Of a stretch of 64,000 bases of DNA, positions 26,501-38,600 are shown one piece after another; position 1 is the first letter of the stretch; each line of letters opens with the position of its first letter. The stretch is from NCBI GenBank assembly GCA_964057225.1, contig OZ059894.1:20584001-20648000 (forward strand), written 5' to 3'. The DNA comes from Auanema rhodensis (Eukaryota; Animalia; Nematoda). The notes below the pieces were generated by a model. It was not told where the DNA came from. It saw only the letters and a list, made by a program, of their open reading frames with translations, and did not search any database. The position numbers and the translations under genes were made by a program.

Positions 26501-28077
26501 ATTCCTTTTTTCAAGGCAAAGACGATGGACAATGTTATTCAACGAAAAAAATAATTCTTCAGGGTGAAAATCGAGGATATAAGTGTGAACTTATATCAGT
26601 TGATATCTCGGTGCATTTTTAAGCTAGCGCAAATCTGATAACACAGATCGACGCAGCTTAAAAATCCGCATCGAATGCACTGTACTACATTGAGAAACGC
26701 TTAATACAAAAATTAGTTATGATCGTTTGAAAAATGATGCATTAGTGTATGTTGAGTTTCCATGTACACTCAACATTGCTTCCAAAAACATTTTGACAAA
26801 AATTTTTTCGGAAAATTTCAAAATAATTTAGCAAAAAGTAGATGTTTTTAGATTTCTTTTTTTAAGGTAAAGACGATGGACAATGTTATTCAACGAAAAA
26901 ATTAACTCTTCAGGGTGAAAAGCGAGGATATAAGTGTGAACTTATATCAGTTGATATCTCGGTGCATTTTTAAGCTAGCGCAAATCTGATAACACAGATC
27001 GACGCAGCTTAAAAATCCGCATCGAATGCACTATACTACATTGAGAAACGCTTAATACAAAAATTAGTTATGATCGTTTGAAAAATGATGCATTAGTGTA
27101 TGATGAGTTTCCATGTACACTCAACATTGCTTCCAAAAACATTTTGACAAAAATTTTTTCGAAAAATTTCAAAACAATTTAGCAAAAAGTAGATGTTTTT
27201 AGATTCCTTTTTTCAAGGTAAAGACGATGGACAATGTTATTCAACGAAAAAATTAACTCTTCAGGGTGAAAATCGAGGATATAAGTGTGAACTTATATCA
27301 GTTGATATCTCGGTGCATTTTTAAGCTAGCGCAAATCTGATAACACAGATCGACGCAGCTTAAAAATCCGCATCGAATGCACTATACTACATTGAGAACC
27401 GCTTAATACAAAAATTAGTTATGATCGTTTGAAAAATGATGCATTAGTGTATGTTGAGTTTCCATGTACACTCAACATTGCTTCCAAAAACATTTTGACA
27501 AAAATTTTTTCGGAAAATTTCAAAACAATTTAGCAAAAAGTAGATGTTTTTAGATTCCTTTTTTCAAGGCAAAGACGATGGACAATGTTATTCAACGAAA
27601 AAAATAATTCTTCAGGGTGAAAATCGAGGATATAAGTGTGAACTTATATCAGTTGATATCTCGGTGCATTTTTAAGCTAGCGCAAATCTGATAACACAGA
27701 TCGACGCAGCTTAAAAATCCGCATCGAATGCACTATACTACATTGAGAAACGCTTAATACAAAAATTAGTTATGATCGTTTGAAAAATGATGCATTAGTT
27801 TATGTTGAGTTTCCAGGTACACTCAACATTGCTTCCAAAAACATTTTGACAAAAATTTTTTCGGAAAATTTCAAAATAATTTAGCAAAAAGTAGATGTTT
27901 TTAGATTTCTTTTTTTAAGGTAAAGACGATGGACAATGTTATTCAACGAAAAAATTAACTCTTCAGGGTGAAAAGCGAGGATATAAGTGTGAACTTATAT
28001 CAGTTGATATCTCGGTGCATTTTTAAGCTAGCGCAAATCTGATAACACAGATCGACGCAGCTTAAAAATCCGCATCG
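17548..28077. repeat. Large tandem duplication: 14-monomer block (17548-22461) and its 16-monomer copy (22462-28077)
   Basis: TTACTG (18321/23235) and GCGCGAA (~18910/~23824) are 4914 bp apart. AACCATT (~19454/~25070) and AGTTTATG+CCAGG (~22184-22200/~27800-27816) are 5616 bp apart. Two extra monomers lie at 24217-24918. Confidence 0.85.
19303..22461. repeat. Nested 3-monomer HOR x3 (repeated again at 24919-28077)
   Basis: A cycle of three monomer types (AAAACAAT+GGTAAA; GAACCG+TCGG+AAATAAT; TCGG+TTAAGGT+AAAGCG) recurs at 1053-bp spacing. Confidence 0.82.
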
Positions 28078-28428
28078 ATTGCACTATACTACTTTGAGAA
28101 ACGCTTAATACAAAAATTAGTTATGATCGTTTGAAAAATGATGCATTAGTGTATGTTGAGTTTCCATGTACACTCAACATTGCTTCCAAAAACATTTTGA
28201 CAAAAATTTTTTCGGAAAATTTCAAAATAATTTAGCAAAAAGTAGATGTTTTTAGATTTCTTTTTTTAAGGTAAAGACGATGGACAATGTTATTCAACGA
28301 AAAAATTAACTCTTCAGGGTGAAAAGCGAGGATATAAGTGTGAACTTATATCAGTTGATATCTCGGTGCATTTTTAAGCTAGCGCAAATCTGATAACACA
28401 GATCGACGCAGCTTAAAAATCCGCATCG

Positions 28429-31400
28429 ATTGCACTATACTACTTTGAGAAACGCTTAATACAAAAATTAGTTATGATCGTTTGAAAAATGATGCATTAG
28501 TGTATGTTGAGTTTCCATGTACACTCAACATTGCTTCCAAAAACATTTTGACAAAAATTTTTTCGGAAAATTTCAAAATAATTTAGCAAAAAGTAGATGT
28601 TTTTAGATTTCTTTTTTTAAAGTAAAGACGATGGACAATGTTATTCAACGAAAAAATTAACTCTTCAGGGTGAAAAGCGAGGATATAAGTGTGAACTTAT
28701 ATCAGTTGATATCTCGGTGCATTTTTAAGCTAGCGCAAATCTGATAACACAGATCGACGCAGCTTAAAAATCCGCATCGAATGCACTATACTACATTGAG
28801 AAACGCTTAATACAAAAATTAGTTATGATCGTTTGAAAAATGATGCATTAGTGTATGTTGAGTTTCCATGTACACTCAACATTGCTTCCAAAAACATTTT
28901 GACAAAAATTTTTTCGAAAAATTTCAAAACAATTTAGCAAAAAGTAGATGTTTTTAGATTCCTTTTTTCAAGGTAAAGACGATGGACAATGTTATTCAAC
29001 GAAAAAATTAACTCTTCAGGGTGAAAATCGAGGATATAAGTGTGAACTTATATCAGTTGATATCTCGGTGCATTTTTAAGCTAGCGCAAATCTGATAACA
29101 CAGATCGACGCAGCTTAAAAATCCGCATCGAATGCACTATACTACATTGAGAACCGCTTAATACAAAAATTAGTTATGATCGTTTGAAAAATGATGCATT
29201 AGTGTATGTTGAGTTTCCATGTACACTCAACATTGCTTCCAAAAACATTTTGACAAAAATTTTTTTTCGAAAAATTTCAAAATAATTTAGCAAAAAGTAT
29301 ATGTTTTTAGATTCCTTTTTTCAAGGCAAAGACGATGGACAATGTTATTCAACGAAAAAAATAATTCTTCAGGGTGAAAATCGAGGATATAAGTGTGAAC
29401 TTATATCAGTTGATATCTCGGTGCATTTTTAAGCTAGCGCAAATCTGATAACCCAGATCGACGCAGCTTAAAAATCCGCATCGAATGCACTGTACTACAT
29501 TGAGAAACGCTTAATACAAAAATTAGTTATGATCGTTTGAAAAATGATGCATTAGTGTATGTTGAGTTTCCATGTACACTCAACATTGCTTCCAAAAACA
29601 TTTTGACAAAAATTTTTTCGAAACATTTCAGAATAATTTAGCAAAAAGTAGATGTTTTTGGATTCCTTTTTTCAAGGCAAAGACGATGGACAATGTTATT
29701 CAACGAAAAAATTAACTCTTCAGGGTGAAAATCGAGGATATAAGTGTGAACTTATATCAGTTGATATCTCGGTGCATTTTTAAGCTAGCGCAAATCTGAT
29801 AACACAGATCGACGCAGCTTAAAAATCCGCATCGAATGCACTATACTACATTGAGAAACGCTTAATACAAAAATTAGTTATGATCGTTTGAAAAATGATG
29901 CATTAGTGTATGTTGAATTTCCATGTACACTCAACATTGCTTCCAAAAACATTTTGACAAAAATTTTTTCGAAACATTTCAGAATAATTTAGCAAAAAGT
30001 AGATGTTTTTAGATTCCTTTTTTCAAGGCAAAGACGATGGACAATGTTATTCAACGAAAAAATTAACTCTTCAGGGTGAAAATCGAGGATATAAGTGTGA
30101 ACTTATATCAGTTGATATCTCGGTGCATTTTTAAGCTAGCGCAAATCTGATAACACAGAACGACGCAGCTTAAAAATCCGCATCGAATGCACTATACTAC
30201 ATTGAGAAACGCTTAATACAAAAATTAGTTATGATCGTTTGAAAAATGATGCATTAGTGTATGTTGAGTTTCCATGTACACTCAACATTGCTTCCAAAAA
30301 CATTTTGACAAAAATTTTTTCGAAAAATTTCAAAATAAATTAGCAAAAAGTAGATGTTTTTAGATTCCTTTTTTCAAGGCAAAGACGATGGACAATGTTA
30401 TTCAACTAAAAAATTAATTCTTCAGGGTGAAAATCGAGGATATAAGTGTGAACTTATATCAGTTGATATCTCGGTGCATTTTTAAGCTAGCGCGAATCTG
30501 ATAACACAGATCGACGCAGCTTAAAAATCCGCATCGAATGCACTATACTACATTGAGAAACGCTTAATACAAAAATTAGTTATGATCGTTTGAAAAATGA
30601 TGCATTAGTTTATGTTGAGTTTCCATGTACACTCAACATTGCTTCCAAAAACATTTTGACAAAAATTTTTTCGAAAAATTTCAAAATAAATTAGCAAAAA
30701 GTAGTGGTTTTTAGATTCCTTTTTTCAAGGCAAAGACGATGGACAATGTTATTCAACGAAAAAATTAATTCTTCAGGGTGAAAATCGAGGATATAAGTGT
30801 GAACTTATATCAGTTGATATCTCGGTGCATTTTTAAGCTAGCGCAAATCTGATAACACAGATCGACGCAGTTTAAAAATCCGCATCGATTGCACTATACT
30901 ACTTTGAGAAACGCTTAATACAAAAATTAGTTATGATCGTTTGAAAAATGATGCATTAGTGTATGTTGAGTTTCCATGTACACTCAACATTGCTTCCAAA
31001 AACATTTTGACAAAAATTTTTTCGGAAAATTTCAAAATAATTTAGCAAAAAGTAGATGTTTTTAGATTTCTTTTTTTAAGGTAAAGACGATGGACAATGT
31101 TATTCAACGAAAAAATTAACTCTTCAGGGTGAAAAGCGAGGATATAAGTGTGAACTTATATCAGTTGATATCTCGGTGCATTTTTAAGCTAGCGCAAATC
31201 AGATAACACAGATCGACGCAGCTTAAAAATCCGCATCGAATGCACTATACTACATTGAGAAACGCTTAATACAAAAATTAGTTATGATCGTTTGAAAAAT
31301 GATGCATTAGTGTATGTTGAGTTTCCATGTACACTCAACATTGCTTCCAAAAACATTTTGACAAAAATTTTTTCGAAAAATTTCAAAACAATTTAGCAAA

Positions 31401-32642
31401 AAGTAGATGTTTTTAGATTCCTTTTTTCAAGGTAAAGACGATGGACAATGTTATTCAACGAAAAAATTAACTCTTCAGGGTGAAAATCGAGGATATAAGT
31501 GTGAACTTATATCAGTTGATATCTCGGTGCATTTTTAAGCTAGCGCAAATCTGATAACACAGATCGACGCAGCTTAAAAATCCGCATCGAATGCACTATA
31601 CTACATTGAGAACCGCTTAATACAAAAATTAGTTATGATCGTTTGAAAAATGATGCATTAGTGTATGTTGAGTTTCCATGTACACTCAACATTGCTTCCA
31701 AAAACATTTTGACAAAAATTTTTTCGAAAAATTTCAAAATAATTTAGCAAAAAGTATATGTTTTTAGATTCCTTTTTTCAAGGCAAAGACGATGGACAAT
31801 GTTATTCAACGAAAAAAATAATTCTTCAGGGTGAAAATCGAGGATATAAGTGTGAACTTATATCAGTTGATATCTCGGTGCATTTTTAAGCTAGCGCAAA
31901 TCTGATAACCCAGATCGACGCAGCTTAAAAATCCGCATCGAATGCACTGTACTACATTGAGAAACGCTTAATACAAAAATTAGTTATGATCGTTTGAAAA
32001 ATGATGCATTAGTGTATGTTGAGTTTCCATGTACACTCAACATTGCTTCCAAAAACATTTTGACAAAAATTTTTTCGAAACATTTCAGAATAATTTAGCA
32101 AAAAGTAGATGTTTTTAGATTCCTTTTTTCAAGGCAAAGACGATGGACAATGTTATTCAACGAAAAAATTAACTCTTCAGGGTGAAAATCGAGGATATAA
32201 GTGTGAACTTATATCAGTTGATATCTCGGTGCATTTTTAAGCTAGCGCAAATCTGATAACACAGATCGACGCAGCTTAAAAATCCGCATCGAATGCACTA
32301 TACTACATTGAGAAACGCTTAATACAAAAATTAGTTATGATCGTTTGAAAAATGATGCATTAGTGTATGTTGAATTTCCATGTACACTCAACATTGCTTC
32401 CAAAAACATTTTGACAAAAATTTTTTCGAAACATTTCAGAATAATTTAGCAAAAAGTAGATGTTTTTAGATTCCTTTTTTCAAGGCAAAGACGATGGACA
32501 ATGTTATTCAACGAAAAAATTAACTCTTCAGGGTGAAAATCGAGGATATAAGTGTGAACTTATATCAGTTGATATCTCGGTGCATTTTTAAGCTAGCGCA
32601 AATCTGATAACACAGATCGACGCAGCTTAAAAATCCGCATCG
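28429..32642. repeat. Partial duplication at a 7-monomer offset (~2457-2459 bp)
   Basis: CGATTGC+ACTTTG (28430/30889), TCAGAAT (~29631/~32088) and TTGAATT (~29917/~32374) recur in the same order. Confidence 0.75.
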
Positions 32643-35600
32643 AATGCACTGTACTACATTGAGAAACGCTCAATACAAAAATTAGTTATGATCGTTTGAA
32701 AAATGATGCATTAGTGTATGTTGAGTTTCCATGTACACTCAACATTGCTTCCAAAAACATTTTGACAAAAATTTTTTCGAAAAATTTCAAAATAATTTAG
32801 CAAAAAGTAGATGTTTTTAGATTCCTATTTTCAAGGTAAAGACGATGGACAATGTTATTCAACGAAAAAATTAACTCTTCAGGGTGAAAATCGAGGATAT
32901 AAGTGTGAACTTATATCAGTTGATATCTCGGTGCATTTTTAAGCTAGCGCAAATCTGATAACACAGATCGACGCAGCTTAAAAATCCGCATCGAATGCAC
33001 TATACTACATTGAGAAACGCTTAATACAAAAATTAGTTATGATCGTTTGAAAAATGATGCATTAGTGTATGTTGAGTTTCCATGTACACTCAACATTGCT
33101 TCCAAAAACATTTTGACAAAAATTTTTTCGAAAAATTTCAAAATAATTTAGCAAAAAGTAGATGTTTTTAGATTCCTTCTTTCAAGGCAAAGACGATGGA
33201 CAATGTTATTCAACGAAAAAAATAATTCTTCAGGGTGAAAATCGAGGATATAAGTGTGAACTTATATCAGTTGATATCTCGGTGCATTTTTAAGCTAGCG
33301 CAAATCTGATAACCCAGATCGACGCAGCTTAAAAATCCGCATCGAATGCACTGTACTACATTGAGAAACGCTTAATACAAAAATTAGTTATGATCGTTTG
33401 AAAAATGATGCATTAGTGTATGTTGAGTTTCCATGTACACTCAACATTGCTTCCAAAAACATTTTGACAAAACTTTTTTCGAAAAATTTCAAAATAATTT
33501 AGCAAAAAGTAGATGTTTTTAGATTCCTTTTTTCAAGGTAAAGACGATGGACAATGTTATTCAACGAAAAAAATAATTCTTCAGGGTGAAAATCGAGGAT
33601 ATAAGTGTGAACTTATATCAGTTGATATCTCGGTGAATTTTTAAGCTAGCGCAAATCTGATAACCCAGATCGACGCAGCTTAAAAATCCGCATCGAATGC
33701 ACTGTACTACATTGAGAAACGCTTAATACAAAAATTAGTTATGATCGTTTGAAAAATGATGCATTAGTGTATGTTGAGTTTCCATGTACACTCAACATTG
33801 CTTCCAAAAACATTTTGACAAAACTTTTTTCGAAAAATTTCAAAATAATTTAGCAAAAAGTAGATGTTTTTAGATTCCTTTTTTCAAGGTAAAGACGATG
33901 GACAATGTTATTCAACGAAAAAATTAACTCTTCAGGGTGAAAATCGAGGATATAAGTGTGAACTTATATCAGTTGATATCTCGGTGCATTTTTAAGCTAG
34001 CGCAAATCTGATAACACAGATCGACGCAGCTTAAAAATCCGCATCGAATGCACTATACTACATTGAGAAACGCTTAATACAAAAATTAGTTATGATCGTT
34101 TGAAAAATGATGCATTAGTGTATGTTGAGTTTCCATGTACACTCAACATTGCTTCCAAAAACATTTTGACAAAACTTTTTTCGAAAAATTTCAAAATAAT
34201 TTAGCAAAAAGTAGATGTTTTTAGATTTCTTTTTTTAAGGTAAAGACGATGGACAATGTTATTCAACGAAAAAATTAACTCTTCAGGGTGAAAAGCGAGG
34301 ATATAAGTGTGAACTTATATCAGTTGATATCTCGGTGCATTTTTAAGCTAGCGCAAATCTGATAACACAGATCGACGCAGCTTAAAAATCCGCATCGAAT
34401 GCACTATACTACATTGAGAAACGCTTAATACAAAAATTAGTTATGATCGTTTGAAAAATGATGCATTAGTGTATGTTGAGTTTCCATGTACACTCAACAT
34501 TGCTTCCAAAAACATTTTGACAAAAATTTTTTCGAAAAATTTCAAAATAATTTAGCAAAAAGTAGATGTTTTTAGATTCCATTTTTCAAGGCAAAGACGA
34601 TGGACAATGTTATTCAACGAAAAAATCAATTCTTCAGGGTGAAAATCGAGGATATAAGTGTGAACTTATATCAGTTGATATCTCGGTGCATTTTTAAGCT
34701 AGCGCAAATCTGATAACACAGATCGACGCAGCTTAAAAATCCGCATCGAATGCACTATACTACATTGAGAAACGCTTAATACAAAAATTAGTTATGATCG
34801 TTTGAAAAATGATGCATTAGTGTATGTTGAATTTCCATGTACACTCAACATTGCTTCCAAAAACATTTTGACAAAAATTTTTTCGAAACATTTCAGAATA
34901 ATTTAGCAAAAAGTAGATGTTTTTAGATTCCTTTTTTCAAGGCAAAGACGATGGACAATGTTATTCAACGAAAAAATTAACTCTTCAGGGTGAAAATCGA
35001 GGATATAAGTGTGAACTTATATCAGTTGATATCTCGGTGCATTTTTAAGCTAGCGCAAATCTGATAACACAGATCGACGCAGCTTAAAAATCCGCATCGA
35101 ATGCACTGTACTACATTGAGAAACGCTCAATACAAAAATTAGTTATGATCGTTTGAAAAATGATGCATTAGTGTATGTTGAGTTTCCATGTACACTCAAC
35201 ATTGCTTCCAAAAACATTTTGACAAAAATTTTTTCGAAAAATTTCAAAATAATTTAGCAAAAAGTAGATGTTTTTAGATTCCTATTTTCAAGGTAAAGAC
35301 GATGGACAATGTTATTCAACGAAAAAATTAACTCTTCAGGGTGAAAATCGAGGATATAAGTGTGAACTTATATCAGTTGATATCTCGGTGCATTTTTAAG
35401 CTAGCGCAAATCTGATAACACAGATCGACGCAGCTTAAAAATCCGCATCGAATGCACTATACTACATTGAGAAACGCTTAATACAAAAATTAGTTATGAT
35501 CGTTTGAAAAATGATGCATTAGTGTATGTTGAGTTTCCATGTACACTCAACATTGCTTCCAAAAACATTTTGACAAAAATTTTTTCGAAAAATTTCAAAA

Positions 35601-38600
35601 TAATTTAGCAAAAAGTAGATGTTTTTAGATTCCTTCTTTCAAGGCAAAGACGATGGACAATGTTATTCAACGAAAAAAATAATTCTTCAGGGTGAAAATC
35701 GAGGATATAAGTGTGAACTTATATCAGTTGATATCTCGGTGCATTTTTAAGCTAGCGCAAATCTGATAACCCAGATCGACGCAGCTTAAAAATCCGCATC
35801 GAATGCACTGTACTACATTGAGAAACGCTTAATACAAAAATTAGTTATGATCGTTTGAAAAATGATGCATTAGTGTATGTTGAGTTTCCATGTACACTCA
35901 ACATTGCTTCCAAAAACATTTTGACAAAACTTTTTTCGAAAAATTTCAAAATAATTTAGCAAAAAGTAGATGTTTTTAGATTCCTTTTTTCAAGGTAAAG
36001 ACGATGGACAATGTTATTCAACGAAAAAAATAATTCTTCAGGGTGAAAATCGAGGATATAAGTGTGAACTTATATCAGTTGATATCTCGGTGAATTTTTA
36101 AGCTAGCGCAAATCTGATAACACAGATCGACGCAGCTTAAAAATCCGCATCGAATGCACTGTACTACATTGAGAAACGCTTAATACAAAAATTAGTTATG
36201 ATCGTTTGAAAAATGATGCATTAGTGTATGTTGAGTTTCCATGTACACTCAACATTGCTTCCAAAAACATTTTGACAAAAATTTTTTCGAAAAATTTCAA
36301 AATAATTTAGCAAAAAGTAGATGTTTTTAGATTCCTATTTTCAAGGTAAAGACGATGGACAATGTTATTCAACGAAAAAATTAACTCTTCAGGGTGAAAA
36401 TCGAGGATATAAGTGTGAACTTATATCAGTTGATATCTCGGTGCATTTTTAAGCTAGCGCAAATCTGATAACACAGATCGACGCAGCTTAAAAATCCGCA
36501 TCGAATGCACTGTACTACATTGAGAAACGCTCAATACAAAAATTAGTTATGATCGTTTGAAAAATGATGCATTAGTGTATGTTGAGTTTCCATGTACACT
36601 CAACATTGCTTCCAAAAACATTTTGACAAAAATTTTTTCGAAAAATTTCAAAATAATTTAGCAAAAAGTAGATGTTTTTAGATTCCTATTTTCAAGGTAA
36701 AGACGATGGACAATGTTATTCAACGAAAAAATTAACTCTTCAGGGTGAAAATCGAGGATATAAGTGTGAACTTATATCAGTTGATATCTCGGTGCATTTT
36801 TAAGCTAGCGCAAATCTGATAACACAGATCGACGCAGCTTAAAAATCCGCATCGAATGCACTATACTACATTGAGAAACGCTTAATACAAAAATTAGTTA
36901 TGATCGTTTGAAAAATGATGCATTAGTGTATGTTGAGTTTCCATGTACACTCAACATTGCTTCCAAAAACATTTTGACAAAAATTTTTTCGAAAAATTTC
37001 AAAATAATTTAGCAAAAAGTAGATGTTTTTAGATTCCTTCTTTCAAGGCAAAGACGATGGACAATGTTATTCAACGAAAAAAATAATTCTTCAGGGTGAA
37101 AATCGAGGATATAAGTGTGAACTTATATCAGTTGATATCTCGGTGCATTTTTAAGCTAGCGCAAATCTGATAACCCAGATCGACGCAGCTTAAAAATCCG
37201 CATCGAATGCACTGTACTACATTGAGAAACGCTTAATACAAAAATTAGTTATGATCGTTTGAAAAATGATGCATTAGTGTATGTTGAGTTTCCATGTACA
37301 CTCAACATTGCTTCCAAAAACATTTTGACAAAACTTTTTTCGAAAAATTTCAAAATAATTTAGCAAAAAGTAGATGTTTTTAGATTCCTTTTTTCAAGGT
37401 AAAGACGATGGACAATGTTATTCAACGAAAAAAATAATTCTTCAGGGTGAAAATCGAGGATATAAGTGTGAACTTATATCAGTTGATATCTCGGTGAATT
37501 TTTAAGCTAGCGCAAATCTGATAACCCAGATCGACGCAGCTTAAAAATCCGCATCGAATGCACTGTACTACATTGAGAAACGCTTAATACAAAAATTAGT
37601 TATGATCGTTTGAAAAATGATGCATTAGTGTATGTTGAGTTTCCATGTACACTCAACATTGCTTCCAAAAACATTTTGACAAAACTTTTTTCGAAAAATT
37701 TCAAAATAATTTAGCAAAAAGTAGATGTTTTTAGATTTCTTTTTTTAAGGTAAAGACGATGGACAATGTTATTCAACGAAAAAATTAACTCTTCAGGGTG
37801 AAAAGCGAGGATATAAGTGTGAACTTATATCAGTTGATATCTCGGTGCATTTTTAAGCTAGCGCAAATCTGATAACACAGATCGACGCAGCTTAAAAATC
37901 CGCATCGAATGCACTATACTACATTGAGAAACGCTTAATACAAAAATTAGTTATGATCGTTTGAAAAATGATGCATTAGTGTATGTTGAGTTTCCATGTA
38001 CACTCAACATTGCTTCCAAAAACATTTTGACAAAAATTTTTTCGAAAAATTTCAAAATAATTTAGCAAAAAGTAGATGTTTTTAGATTCCATTTTTCAAG
38101 GCAAAGACGATGGACAATGTTATTCAACGAAAAAATCAATTCTTCAGGGTGAAAATCGAGGATATAAGTGTGAACTTATATCAGTTGATATCTCGGTGCA
38201 TTTTTAAGCTAGCGCAAATCTGATAACACAGATCGACGCAGCTTAAAAATCCGCATCGAATGCACTATACTACATTGAGAAACGCTTAATACAAAAATTA
38301 GTTATGATCGTTTGAAAAATGATGCATTAGTGTATGTTGAGTTTCCATGTACACTCAACATTGCTTCCAAAAACATTTTGACAAAAATTTTTTCGAAAAA
38401 TTTCAAAATAATTTAGCAAAAAGTAGATGTTTTTAGATTCCATTTTCCAAGGCAAAGACGATGGACAATGTTATTCAACGAAAAAATCAATTCTTCAGGG
38501 TGAAAATCGAGGATATAAGTGTGAACTTATATCAGTTGATATCTCGGTGTATTTTTAAGCTAGCGCAAATCTGATAACACAGATCGACGCAGCTTAAAAA

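Larger units (their letters stand above)
1..37907. repeat. Left haplotype domain (copies 1-108)
   Basis: Carries the variants TTAACTCTT, AAGGTAAAG, GAAAAGCG, CGAAACATT, TTCGGAAAATT, AACCCAG and GCACTGT, none of which I see after ~37.9 kb. Confidence 0.85.
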
